Part shown: one piece after another, positions 51,186 to 63,467 of the stretch | Layout of the letters: every line of letters starts with the position of its first letter | Position numbering within the stretch: the first letter of the stretch is position 1 | Assembly: GCA_951406725.2 (NCBI GenBank) | Contig: OX597828.1 | Span: forward strand, 70,990,001-71,054,000 | From: Octopus vulgaris | Lineage: Eukaryota | Length of the DNA: 64,000 nt | Direction: 5' to 3' | The notes under the pieces: generated by a model | The model's input: only the letters and a program-made list of their open reading frames with translations | Told to the model about the DNA's origin: nothing | Databases searched by the model: none | Position numbers and translations under genes: made by a program

Positions 51186-51352
51186 ATTATTGTAAACAGA
51201 TATCACAAAAGGAACACGAGTCCAGTTCTGATAATTCTTTGTATGATTCAAAGAAACCTGAAGAAGAAATTGAAATCACAAACCATCCTTTCAAACGACC
51301 AGAGAATAATTGTATAGTCCAGGCTGTTAGAAGTGCTATTTTAAATATGAAG
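51186..51352 (+). CDS. SON: SON homologue coding exon (YCKQISQKEHESSSD...NHPFKRPE...ILNMK)
   Basis: taacag| acceptor, AAG|gtaggt donor, 167 nt, phase 1-0. CKQI and HPFK motifs as in SON. Confidence 0.9.
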
Positions 51353-52536
51353 GTAGGTCTGTCTCACCAGCTGTTCTTTATTTAAATCATCGATGTTTCA
51401 TACTTTATGGCCAGCACCATGCTGTCCTCACAATCTAAATGAAATACAGGTGGGAATTATTCCTTAATTCCGTTGCCAAGAAGGGGACATCTGGCTGTAA
51501 AATGCTGTCCTGTATAACTTCACTTCATATGCATGCTAACATGGAAGATTGAACATTTAACTAACAAGTGTGTTTATATAGACACACAGACACACACGTG
51601 CCCCTTTAAAGTGGTTGGCAATAAAAAAAACATTTGGCCATAGAAACCAATTCAAAAATGTAATTCATGAGTGAGATGTGGTCCTCTATCCTGTCTAGAT
51701 AAACAGCAGCCTCGGATAAATGCTGACAACATCCAGGACAGCCTGTCCAACCCATGGCATCGAGGAAAATGAACGTAAAGTGGGATGGCTACATGATGTG
51801 TGTTATGTGTGTGTGTGTGTGTGTGTGTGTGTATAGTTTGATTAAATCCAAGTTTTGTGCATGTGTAATACACATCCTTCATCACATCAGATGTTGCTCT
51901 TAGCGTCTGATGAGACAGATATGTCCTACCCACCTACAAAACTTGTGGAACCATGCCAAATTTAGATAATATATGTAACTCCTAGCAAATGTGTGTGTGC
52001 ACCAGTGCTGCCTGACTGGCTCCCATACCAGTGGCACATAAAAAGCACCATCGAAGTATGGTCAATGCCAGTACCACCTGACTGACCCTCATGCCGCTGG
52101 CACGTAAAAAGCATCCACTACACTCTCGGAGTGGTTGGTGTTAGGAAGGGCATCCAGCTGTAGAAACTTCGCCAGATTGGATTGGAGACTGGTGCAGCCT
52201 TCTGGCATGCCAGTCCTCAGTCAAACCGTCCAACCCATGCTAGCATGGAAAGCAGACGTTAAACGATGATATGTGCACACACACACACAAACCCCCATTA
52301 ATCTCAACAGTTAACGATTCAATCCCATGCTACAAGGCAAGTGGGTAGCCTAGACATAACTTTGTTTCAATTCTTGGTTAAACCCAAGTCACTGCTTCTG
52401 TATCTCTAATGAACTTGGGAAAGGCATCAACATCACAAATTCATATTCCCCCCTCTCTTCCTCTTTCATAAATACATACAATAAACCATCCTTTTCCCTC
52501 CAATTTTAATGTTTTTCTTTTTGTTGTTGTTTTCAG

Positions 52537-52782
52537 AATAACAAACACCACCAACTGCCCTCCCCTCAAGATATGGTGAAAGATTCACCCTTAAGGCTTC
52601 AATTCCCGGTGTCCAGTGGCAGCCAACATCGTGCTAAAGAACTTCAGTCAACCACAGGTCAATTAGGCTTTCAGAAAAACTCTACAGCTCACTCTGTGTA
52701 TGCTCCAGGAAGGAATGGTAAACTCGATTCCTTGGATACAAACTCAAATTCAGACCAAGTATTTCCTGAAGACTGCCAACAG
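52537..52782 (+). CDS. SON: SON homologue coding exon (LRLQFPVSSGSQHRAKE...QVFPEDCQQ)
   Basis: ttttcag| acceptor, CAG|gtaaca donor, 246 nt, phase 0-0. QFPVSSGSQHR is a hallmark SON motif. Confidence 0.93.
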
Positions 52783-53074
52783 GTAACAAGTTTCAACCAT
52801 CTGTAATTCTTTTGTTCACCTGTCCCTCACTCCTTTCCTCAAGAGTCTGTGATATTGTATACCTTAAGCAAATCTTTCCATTCCCTTTCCATAGTCTGTG
52901 ATTTATAATAAAATCTTGATGCTTCTTCTGTGTCTGCAACAACTAATGCAAACAGGTGTAACAGTGGAATGTAGTTTCTATTTATTCCACTGTTTGTTTT
53001 TTTTTTGTTGTTTTTCGACTGATATATATATATATATACACATGCACCCCTATGTTGATGTTGTTGTTATTATT

Positions 53075-53335
53075 ATCATTATTATTATTCAGGTCACTGC
53101 CTGGAATTGAACCGAGTTTAATTCCAGGCAGTGACCTGAATAATAATAAGAAGAAGAATAACATTGAAAAATACCTTAGGAATGAAAACCCAGGTTCGAA
53201 ATTTCCCCAAGACACCTGATGAAGGCTGGAGGGTATATCAGCCGAAACGTTGTGTTAACAACAAACAAGATGAGGACAAATATATGTCAGTTGTAAATAA
53301 TGTAAATAATTCCTCATCACTTAAATATAGAAGTG
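53075..53335 (+). mobile_element. Second, 5'-truncated and 5'-inverted copy of the tRNA/hammerhead element
   Basis: Near-identical to the reverse complement of 12781-12965. Palindrome TTCAGGTCACTGCCTGGAATT...AATTCCAGGCAGTGACCTGAA centred on the B box. Confidence 0.75.
53211..53256 (+). ncRNA. Minimal type-I hammerhead ribozyme motif (same family as 12831-12876)
   Basis: GACAC CTGATGA A GGCTG-GAGGGTATAT-CAGCC GAAA CG TT GTGTT. Confidence 0.85.
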
Positions 53336-54152
53336 TATAATCTTACATCATCTTGTAGCTTCAAGGTTTCAATGATGGGATTGTTTATTTTCACAATGGC
53401 ATTGTAGGGTAGGTGTGAGAGACCAGTTTAAACGCTTAACAACTGACATTCAGGTTACTTTGTGAATAAACAGAACATTAGATTTTAACAGTTTTGAATT
53501 GATCCTGCATTCTCTCATAGTTTCAGGATTTTGATGTTATGATTGTTTTGTTATTAGAATGACATTGTAGGGTAGGTATGAGATGTTGGATCTGGCCAGT
53601 TTAAATGCTGAAATGTTAAACAAGTTTTGTTTTTTGGTTGTTTTTGTTTTCCCTGTTGCCTGTCATTTCTGAATAACCCAACATAATCTGAGTGGTTTGA
53701 TGTTGCCTAGTAGTGTGTTAATGAATAAATCAGGACATTGGTGGAGGAAAAGTGTGCATGGAATGATGTCACCACACTTGCTCTCATCCCTCCCTGATGC
53801 CAAGGAAAAAGAGGCAAAGTTATTGAATAAGAGGGAGGCAGGGAGGGGGGGATTCCCCTAAGCAGACCTGATAGAAGACAAAGTAAAACCTGGCAGTGGG
53901 GACAACCTTAAGTAGACCCAGTGGTGGGAGAAGCTGTTGAGGTTGACACCTGGGCAGTCTGAAGGGCAGTTAAAAGTATAAAGATGAGAAAAGCTTGTTG
54001 TTGAGAAGCTGAAAACACCTGCCAAGTGAGATCTGCACTAATTTTCTCGCAGGGTGTGATGAGGTTTATCATTGCCAATGACTGCCCTAGCTGCAGCAAC
54101 AGCTGAAGAGAGGAAAGGAAATGTTTTAGAAAGGAGCAACTACAGAGATATT

Positions 54153-54382
54153 TATTTCTTTATTGCCTACAAGGGGCTAAACATAGAGGGGACAAACAAG
54201 GACAGACAAAGGGGTTAAGTCGATTATATCGACCCCAGTGCGTAACTGGTACTTATTTAATTGACCCCGAAAGGATGAAAGGCAAAATCGACCTCAGCAG
54301 AATTTGAACTCAGAACATAACAGCAGGCGAAACACCGCTAAGCATTTCGCCTGGCATGCTAATGTTTCTGCCAGCTTGCCAC
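54153..54382 (-). mobile_element. SINE family B copy with 13-bp TSD
   Basis: CTACAGAGATATT at 54140-54152 and 54383-54395. Confidence 0.85.
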
Positions 54383-54769
54383 CTACAGAGATATTAAATT
54401 GATAAATAAAGTTGTGGACACAGCTGAAAGAGTTGCAGCACAGCTAATTAGGAAGGTAATTAACTTAGGAGGAGATATAGTTTGGGTTTCTGCAAGTACA
54501 GGGAACCACTGATGCCTGCTTTTAACTGAGGCATAAATAGAAGTTCTTTGCTATCTATTGATAAAGTATTTCACTAAGTACCATGCCAGTCGCTAACAAA
54601 ACTGAGCGTAGATGAATGGCCTTGTGAAGCCATGAAAGAACTGTGCAGGGTGGTGGTGGTGGTGGTGTACATGAGGCAGCAAAGAATTTCTGTGCTAGGA
54701 AGTTTCCATCGAGGCACAGTTATCAAACCCTCCCTGTTTATAATAGATCTCAAGACCGTAACAAGAGCT

Positions 54770-55190
54770 CAAGACTCCGCCTGTCTGTGCTTAGCCCCTA
54801 TATGCCAATGACCAAGGTTCTCATAAGTGAATCAGTCAAAGAATTAGAGGTTACATTCCAGATATGGAAGCAAGGCCTTGAATCAAAAAGTCTAAAATTC
54901 TTTCCTCTTAAGACTTTCGTCTTATGAAAACAGAACACTGAACTTCACTGCCTTCTTGGAAGGAGCCATGTTCATTATGTAGAAAAAGGGTGTTGGTAGT
55001 AATTCTGTTGTGGGTCCTTAATGTAAACTGGTGAATGAGAGAATGATTATAGAGGACTCAGTGCAACCGGTGTAGAAGAGGGGTAGCCAGCAGTTGTGGG
55101 TCATTGATGAAATATTTAGAACAAGGGGCCACAAATGGTGGAGGGGATCCAGATAGAAGAGGAATCTGTAAATCAGAATTGTCAGTTTTG
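54770..55190 (+). mobile_element. RTE-like LINE relic
   Basis: SESVKELEVTFQIWKQGLESKSLK resembles the RTE segment WKxGLESKGLKVN. Confidence 0.55.
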
Positions 55191-56539
55191 TTAAAGCTTG
55201 TCTATTTGTTCTGGTTTTCTGCATTCTGAGTTCAAATCCTGTCGTGGTCAGCTTTGAACTTGTGGCTGGGTGGGTGGGTCAATAAAATAAAACACCTGTC
55301 AAGGGCAATAGATCAGCAAAATTGTAAAAGGGATCAGATGTGGTACCTTACAATAACTTCAAGGTCTTTGTATTCAGAGTTGATGGAGTGGTAGACTTAA
55401 GCTGTTACTGTATTCAACACCAACCACCACCACCACCACCACCATCTGGTCCTTGGGTGCCTTTAGTGGGGTTCATCCCATTGCAGATATCTGCATCATA
55501 TCTCAGGTTACGGGATAAACTTCCAACCATTAATCTCAAAGGTCCTGGTAAACAATACAAGGTTGGATTCATGAGTGCTGTCCTACCCACCTTGATTAAA
55601 TGGAGAAAAAATTTTTTTAAAAAAACATACATGTCAGCATGGGAAAAAATGGACATAAGATGATAATGTTATATGTGTATACATGTAGGACCAACCAATG
55701 CTTTGTGAGTAAATTTAGATGGAAACTGTACGAAGATCACTTTCTGTGTGTTATGTGTTTACATTTGTGCTCCTGCAAAAATCATTAAGCTACAAGCAGT
55801 GACGTTGTCGTTTCCCCTGTTGACAAATCATCAACCGGCTCTGTGGAATAAAAGACCCCTTCATTGAATTTTTGTCTGACCCTTACTAGCATGGAAAAAG
55901 GGATATTAAAAAAAGAAAAAAAGATATTAGGCATAATCTAGCCAACTGGTTAATAAGTTTGCTTTCTCATCACAAGGTCTTAGGTTCAATCCTAGCACAT
56001 GCTATCTTGGGCAAGTGTCATTTTCTGTAGCCTTGAGTCAACCCATAGCTTGTAGGTGAGATTAGGTTGACAGAAACTGTATAGAAGCTCATCAAGTGGA
56101 TTGTACCTGAGAGAGACATGTCTGTGGAATACTCAGCCACTTATATGCTGTTTCAATAATTCAGTTGATAGAATAACTGCTTCATTGAAAGCAAGATCCA
56201 TCGTGTGTGTGTGTGTAATTAAAAATGAAGCAGATGTCAACATATTTAATGTATTGAGTAATAAAAAAGTGCATTAGAAGTAATTATGTGATGAGAAGAA
56301 GGCATTAGCTTGACTCCTCCTCCTCATCATTTAACATCCGTTCACCATGCTGGCATGGGTTGGATGGTTTATGGGAGCTGGCATGCCAGAAGGCTATTCC
56401 AAGCTCTGTTGTCTGTTTCAGCATAGTTTATATGGCTGGATGCCCTTCATAATGCCAACCACTTAACAGAGTAAGAGTGGGTGCTTTTCATGACGAATAT
56501 TACTTGAGTCGTTCTGATAAATATGGGGTTGGGGAACAA

Positions 56540-56578
56540 CTGAACATGTTTCAGCCTTATTGGAACTTCTTCAGTAGA
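56540..56578 (-). ncRNA. Hammerhead-like motif
   Basis: Minus: CTA CTGAAGA AGTT-CCAATAA-GGCT GAAA CATG TT CAG; stem I degenerate. Confidence 0.45.
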
Positions 56579-56781
56579 GCAAACTTCACTTGTTGTTTCC
56601 GAAGCAGTGATAAGAGAATCACTGAATATATGTACAATATTGTACATGATCAAGTGTGAATAAGTTAGCATGATTTAAATTCTAAAGCTGTATATCAGGG
56701 AGTTGAGATGATGGGGTATAACCATCTCAAAGGGACTCCGTCTACCAGGCTAAAATGATGTGTGTGTGCGTGTTGTTACAG

Positions 56782-56892
56782 GATTTCAATATAACTCAAG
56801 TGATGACTGAACGTATGAATGCTGTGAAGAAACTGCAGAAGAACCCTCATGACACCCAAGCCTTAGGCACCATGTATCGAGCACAGAAAGAG
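56782..56892 (+). CDS. SON: SON homologue coding exon (DFNITQVMTERMNAVKKLQKNPHDTQALGTMYRAQKE)
   Basis: ttacag| acceptor, GAG|gtttgt donor, 111 nt, phase 0-0. Aligns by eye with the SON segment preceding the G-patch. Confidence 0.92.
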
Positions 56893-59706
56893 GTTTGTGA
56901 AAACTACTTTACCCTATTTATTGTCAACCGTTGGATGGGGTTTGCAGGGGCCAGCAACAGTTTCTCGTGATCACAGCAAACCCAGATTGAAAAGGGGTTT
57001 CTTCTGGACCATCTTGTCTGTTTGAGAGAAATATCTCAGCTGATTTGCCAAGTGTGTCCTTCCTGTTTGAGTAAGTTACAGCTGCTATTTCTAACTGGCT
57101 GAGCAACCACGTTGAGGCTCATGTGGTTGCTTGTTGGTAAGGGATCGGTAGATGTTGTTTAACTCTGGGTCAGCACCACTCAAACACAACTATAAACAAA
57201 AGGGTTCCAGCGATGACCCCTATCTTAATTTCCAGTATGTCCAGGTTTACGTTTACCTAATGTCCTTATTGATTTGAGGTAGTAAGGTGTGATGTGCAGC
57301 ACAATTCAACTGCTATGTCTAGCAGGGTCAAATAAATAGATGTCTTCAGTTGTCATTACTGGCTGCTAGAGGCCTGCTCCTCCTCCTCCTCCCTCTCTCT
57401 CACTCCCCCAACATATCATCATTTAGCATCTGCTTTCCATGCTGGCATGGGTTGGACGGTTTGACTGGAGCTGGTAAACCAGAGAGCTGCACCAAGTTCC
57501 AGTCTGATTTGGAATAGTAGTTATGGCTGGATGCCCTTCCTAATGCCGACCACTCCATGAGTGTAATGGGTGTTTTTATATATATATATATAAAATGTTA
57601 TCTTTTAATATGCCTTCTTTGCTGGCATGGGTTGGATGATTTAAGAGGACCCAAGGTTCAGCAATTTGTGTCATGCTCCACTGCCTGCTTTGGCCTGGTT
57701 TCTACGGTTGGCTGCCTTTCCTAATGCCAACCACTTAATAGTGTGTGGATGTCTTAATTTTCTTGCCATGAGTGAGGTCACCTTGCAGCCTGCAAGGGCT
57801 AAGTTCCCCATCGACTGAGTTGAGGCTGCAGTAGAGAGAGAAGCTGGCTTTATGCTAGGAGATGGAAGGTTCGGGTATGAAGGGGTCACAACGGGTTTGT
57901 TGCTCTCTCTTACTCTCTATAGGGCTGTTCACATTGTGCACACCCTTCAGTTGGACCCCAGTCTGCTGGTTTAAGATGGTGAGACATGGTGTGTGGCAGA
58001 ATGCAGCTGCTGTGTCTAGCAGGGCCAAGTGAATATGTAGATTGATGTGCAGCAGAATTCAGCTGCTATGTCTAGCAGGGTCAAGCAAATAGATTTCTTC
58101 AGTTGTCATTACTGACTGGTAATGGGCTGCTCCTTCTCTCATTCTCTCTCTCACACACACACACACACGTGTGTGTGTATATTTATATATATATTAGTAT
58201 ATATGTATATATAATTTTTTTATAACTATTCTCTGCAATTTGAAGCTAGTTTCTTTTTGTTCATAGAAAGACTTCAATTCCAAATTGACATGTCCAGTAC
58301 TGTTTTAAGGAAATTTGTAGCACTCATTGACCCTTTAACGATGTATACAAAATATGTTTGGTTGGTGTTATCAGCATCATTTCATGTCCACTTTTCCATA
58401 CTTGAGTGGAATTTATTGAGGCAGGTTTTCTATGGCCCTTCCTGTTGCCATTTCTCATCCATTTCCAAGCAAAGTATTATTTCCCCATGATCAGATATGT
58501 TTTTCACAGAAGACTGGATACAAACGACCTCGCTTGTATAACAGTGATGCTTGTTTACAAACATCACACACACACATCACACTCATGTACACGCATAAAA
58601 CATGACTGACATCTTTCAGTTTCCATCTACCAAATCCACTCACAAAGCACTTTGGTCAGCCTGGGACTATTGTAGAAGACACTTGCCCAAGGTGCCCACA
58701 GTGGGATAGAACCCAGCACAACCTGGTCGGGAAGTCATACATGTACCTCTGGTGTCATTTATTCAAAACTCTGACAACAGTTGGTGATCTTTCTGGCCTT
58801 GTTGTGTTTGCATAAATTTGGTAGTCAAAGGGTTTGTGGGGTCACAACAGGATCACCCCTTTCTTTGGTCCCTTTCTTGGTCATTCACATCACTTGTTCA
58901 AAGTATTGGGGTGGGGTGGGGGTGAAATAAATTCGCTGTTTGACTACTCCTACTACTACTTCTGCTCCTCTATGCATCACCCCCCAAAGTTAGAAAAGTT
59001 GGCCTCCGTGGGATTTGAACTCATTGCATGTGGAGGGTCTGAATAAAACCCACCAAACATTCTGACTGACCCTCTATCAACTCTGCTTGTTTATTGTCTT
59101 GTTTTGATGATGATGGTGTTGGTGGGGCCAGGACCGGGAGGGGGGTAATTTTTGTTTGTCTTTTATTCAACCTAGAAAAAAGATTGTACCTGGAGCTTCT
59201 TTAAGGTCATCCTTGATTGAATAATGAAGGAAAGGTTAGTGGGGTTAGGGGTTTGTTTTGGGGACAGGTTTGTGGAATATAAACAGTGGGGAAGAAAGGG
59301 TTTAGTTCCAGAAGGGATGTAACTTTAGAGTGTTTAAAATTAGTTCAGAGAAATTAGATCTAGCAGGTTTGTTGTTGGTCTTTGGTCTTAATTTGGCCCT
59401 GATTGATACACCTGTTACCAAAGACATCCCATCTTTTATTCAGACATAGCATGTCTAGGACCCTAGAACTAAACTATGAAAACAAATTTTGTTTTGTTTA
59501 ATCAAGATGAGTAAAGTGTGTTGTATCTAACAGATCAAATTATAAGATAGGGGCTGCCCTCGTTAACTTGAGTTGTGGATTTCAAAATGGCGCCAAAAGC
59601 CAGCAGAGCTAACCATTACAGTATCTGTCCTTAAAATCACCGTTGCGTTTATTTAATATGTTGTTGTTGTTGTTGAATTCATGTGAAATATTTGTTTGCT
59701 GTTTAG

Positions 59707-59829
59707 TTGAATCGGTGGGCTCAGTCAAAGCAGTTACCTGGTTTATTTACTGGAAGTACTGGGGCCAAAGTGATGACGCTTGAGGAGTTAAATGGACCTG
59801 ACAAAAAATTACAAGCTTGGGCGAAAAAG
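59707..59829 (+). CDS. SON: SON homologue coding exon (LNRWAQSKQLPGLFTGSTGAKVMTLEELNGPDKKLQAWAKK)
   Basis: gtttag| acceptor, AAG|gtgaga donor, 123 nt, phase 0-0. PGxFTGSTG and QAWxKK SON motifs. Not in the supplied ORF track. Confidence 0.93.
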
Positions 59830-60278
59830 GTGAGAATTATTCCATTTTGCATTTCTGTTTTACTTTGATAAAATGTTATTTCATTACTTCATCTAGCTTT
59901 TGTCTTTACACTAATTTATTAATTCTACATTTTATATGGACTCTTAAGCTTCATGGTTACTCCTGTATTTATCTATTCCTATACATGTATACGCGAAGGA
60001 GTGTGGCCTGGTGGTTAGGTTGTTGCACTCATGATCACTACATTGTGGATTCAATCCCTTTATTGGGCGGTGCGTTGTGTTTTTAAGCAAAACACTTCAT
60101 TTCACTTTACATTGCTCCAGCCCCCCTTTCAATCAAGTGGGGAATGTTGCCTGCTTGTCTGGCCAGTGAGGTGGCATCATTCGATGGCTAAAACAATGTA
60201 AAAGTACATTGTGGCCAGCAATGTATAACATCTGATGGCCTAGTCGGTCATATGATCACATGATACATATACACATAC

Positions 60279-60329
<51 letters not shown>

Positions 60330-60577
60330 TTTATGTGTGTATATGTATCATCATAATTCATTTATTACTCTTTCTTCTTATATAAACCCTTTTATTAATG
60401 CTGTATCTTATATACACTCCTCACAACTGCTTGATTACTCCTGCAATTATATTTATATAAATATTTCACTTGGACATAATGATAGTTATTACTTGGTATT
60501 CATATGTTGCAAAGTAAAGCATTAGTTGAGTACAAAGTGTAATAGGAAATGAAATTAATGACAAACTAGCAGGAAAT

Positions 60578-60656
60578 TACACAGCTGTTTCTGCTATAAG
60601 ATGCAGTGCACTCATAGTTGAGCACTTGTGCATAACTTTGTTGCTTCATCAGAGCT
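60578..60656 (-). ncRNA. Hammerhead motif, same family as 40062-40139
   Basis: Minus: AGCT CTGATGA A GC...TAGC A GAAA CAGCTG TG. An inverted partial copy at ~60783-60865 retains GAAACAGCTGTAAGC. Confidence 0.6.
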
Positions 60657-60715
60657 TCAAGAATGAAGTGCAATTTTATTTGGACAAGCATTTATATACA
60701 TATATATGTGTGTGT

Positions 60716-60755
<40 letters not shown>

Positions 60756-61620
60756 ATTACCATTGAAAGAAATATGAAAATATGTTATACACAAGCACTC
60801 AACTATGAGTGCACAGCATCTTATAAGAGAAACAGCTGTAAGCTAATGGAGTTCACTGCATAATTTCTTTTTTCCCCTTGTCATTTCATTTTACACACAC
60901 ACACACATGGCTTATACAGCTTATAACTGTTATCTCTTGTATACACCTATTTAATACTCCAATGTCTTATATGTGTGTCTACACTCACACACACACACTC
61001 AGTTATTTGTTAAGCCTGCATCTTTTTTCTACACCCTTATTGGTTTACACTCTTGACTTATTGAATCTATACACATTCACGGCTTTTTTATACTCTTATT
61101 TAATATCCCCTATATTTTATATACACTCATAGCTTGTTTTAAACAAGTGTGTGTGTATTATTATTATTATTATCAATCTTTCTTACGAAATGTATATAGA
61201 ACTGCTTAAGATGTGCTCAGGTTGAACCCGAGACTAAAGATAAGAATTAAAATATAAACTCAGATTAGGCAATGAACTTTTTATACATACTCATACAGTT
61301 ATAGATTTGACTTAAAATGCTTGTATACATATATTAACACATATCGACATACGTGAATATTTAAAAAATATATATGTATATATATTTAGTTTCCACGAAT
61401 GTCATTAAAATGATGATATATATAATATATACACCTCTCGTTTATTATTCAAAGTGGTGTCTGCTTTGAGGTCCATTAACAAATATATTGCTGTAATATA
61501 TACAAGTATACAGTATTTAATAGACATGTATGTTGACCAATTAGTGTGTGTGTTGTGTATTGAGCGTCCATCAGTTGTTGACCCGCTAATGTCCATGCTG
61601 TGTGGTGTTGTTCATTCCAG

Positions 61621-61768
61621 CAACAAATAATCAATGCTGCTCCTGTGAAAGGTGGCATTGGTATGCACTTACTACAGAAGATGGGTTGGCGCGAAGGGGA
61701 AGGCCTCGGCAAGAACAGCAAAGGACCGACAGAGCCCATCATTGTCAATGTGAAAATTGACCGCAAAG
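61621..61768 (+). CDS. SON: SON homologue G-patch exon (AAPVKGGIGMHLLQKMGWREGEGLGKNSKGPTEPI...KIDRK)
   Basis: ttccag| acceptor, G|gtaaga donor, 148 nt, phase 0-1. Canonical G-patch. Confidence 0.95.
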
Positions 61769-62116
61769 GTAAGAAGTGTGGCCGTGATTTTTGGTGTGTG
61801 GGTAGCGGTGATGTGGAAGTGGGTGGGTGATGTACCTCGGGTGTTGAGGGTATTTGACATAGATGTCGTATTGTTGTGGAGGAAATAGTTGATGTAAGTG
61901 GTGGTGGTGTAGTGGAGATTTTCTGTTGCTGGGGGGGGGGTATGTTGTTTAAGGGGAGTTGATATAACTGGGTTGTGGTATTTGCAGGGAGGGGTTAATT
62001 GACAGGGCTGGAGTGTGGAGTGTGTAGCTGGGGGTGTTTTGAGGTGGGAGTGGGGTTGGGTATGCTGGCATGTCGTGTCCATGATGCTACAAACCTGTCC
62101 CTTTCTACTCCTTTAG

Positions 62117-62182
62117 GTCTCACATCACATGGTGAAGATCCAAAGAAATCTCAAGCTGTAGAACTGGCTAAACACATTTCAG
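62117..62182 (+). CDS. SON: SON homologue coding exon (GLTSHGEDPKKSQAVELAKHISG); gene continues beyond the window
   Basis: ctttag| acceptor, G|gtattt donor, 66 nt, phase 1-1. Ends just before the expected GKHPVS start of the DSRM. Confidence 0.88.
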
Positions 62183-62232
62183 GTATTTATGCTTTTTATT
62201 TTTCTTTACTTACCACCTTGACTGACTGACTG

Positions 62233-63467
62233 ACCACCTGGCTGGATGGACTGTGGTCTCACTGGCCACCTGGCTGGATGGACTGTGGTCTCACTGGCCA
62301 CCTGGCTGGATGGACCGTGGTCTCACTGGCCACCTGGCTGGATGGACCGTGGTCTCACTGGCCACCTGGCTGGATGGACCGTGGTCTCACTGGCCACCTG
62401 GCTGGATGGACTGTGGTCTCACTGGCCACCTGGCTGGATGGACTGTGGTCGCACTGGCCACCTGGCTGGATGGACTGTGGTCTCACTGGCCACCTGGCTG
62501 GATGGACTGTGGTCTCACTGGCCACCTGGCTGGATGGACTGTGGTCTCACTGGCCACCTGGCTGGATGGACCGTGGTCTCACTGGCCACCTGGCTGGATG
62601 GACCGTGGTCTCACTGGCCACCTGGCTGGATGGACCGTGGTCTCACTGGCCACCTGGCTGGATGGACTGTGGTCTCACTGACCACCTGGCTGGATGGACT
62701 GTGGTCTCACTGGCCACCTGGCTGGATGGACTGTGGTCTCACTGGCCACCTGGCTGGATGGACTGTGGTCTCACTGACCACCTGGCTGGATGGACTGTGG
62801 TCGCACTGGCCACCTGGCTGGATGGACTGTGGTCTCACTGGCCACCTGGCTGGATGGACTGTGGTCTCACTGGCCACCTGGCTGGATGGACTGTGGTCTC
62901 ACTGGCCACCTGGCTGGATGGACTGTGGTCTCACTGGCCACCTGGCTGGATGGACTGTGGTCTCACTGGCCACCTGGCTGGATGGACTGTGGTCTCACTG
63001 GCCACCTGGCTGGATGGACTGTGGTCTCACTGGCCACCTGGCTGGATGGACTGTGGTCTCACTGGCCACCTGGCTGGATGGACTGTGGTCTCACTGGCCA
63101 CCTGGCTGGATGGACTGTGGTCTCACTGGCCACCTGGCTGGATGGACTGCGGTCTCACTGGCCACCTGGCTGGATGGATGGACTGCGGTCTCACTGGCCA
63201 CCTGGCTGGATGGACTGCGGTCTCACTGGCCACCTGGCTGGATGGACTGTGGTCTCACTGGCCACCTGGCTGGATGGACTGTGGTCTCACTGGCCACCTG
63301 GCTGGATGGACTGTGGTCTCACTGGCCACCTGGCTGGATGGACTGTGGTCTCACTGGCCACCTGGCTGGATGGACTGTGGTCTCACTGGTACCTGGCTGG
63401 ATGGACTGTGGTCTCACTGGTACCTGGCTGGATGGGCTGTGGTCTCACTGGCCACCTGGCTGGATGA
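62233..63467. repeat. 32-bp intronic minisatellite, ~38 copies
   Basis: Unit CCACCTGGCTGGATGGACTGTGGTCTCACTGG in head-to-tail array with few variants and no spacers. Confidence 0.97.

Noticed and set aside
57290-58130. ~80-bp direct duplication
   Set aside because: Resembles a dispersed repeat motif (GCTGCTATTTCTAGCAGG-like) also seen elsewhere in the window; no additional structure.
62233-63467. CRISPR-like array / 411-aa repeat proteins
   Set aside because: Units are contiguous with no unique spacers, there are no cas genes, and the context is a eukaryotic intron; the ORFs follow from a stop-poor repeat unit.
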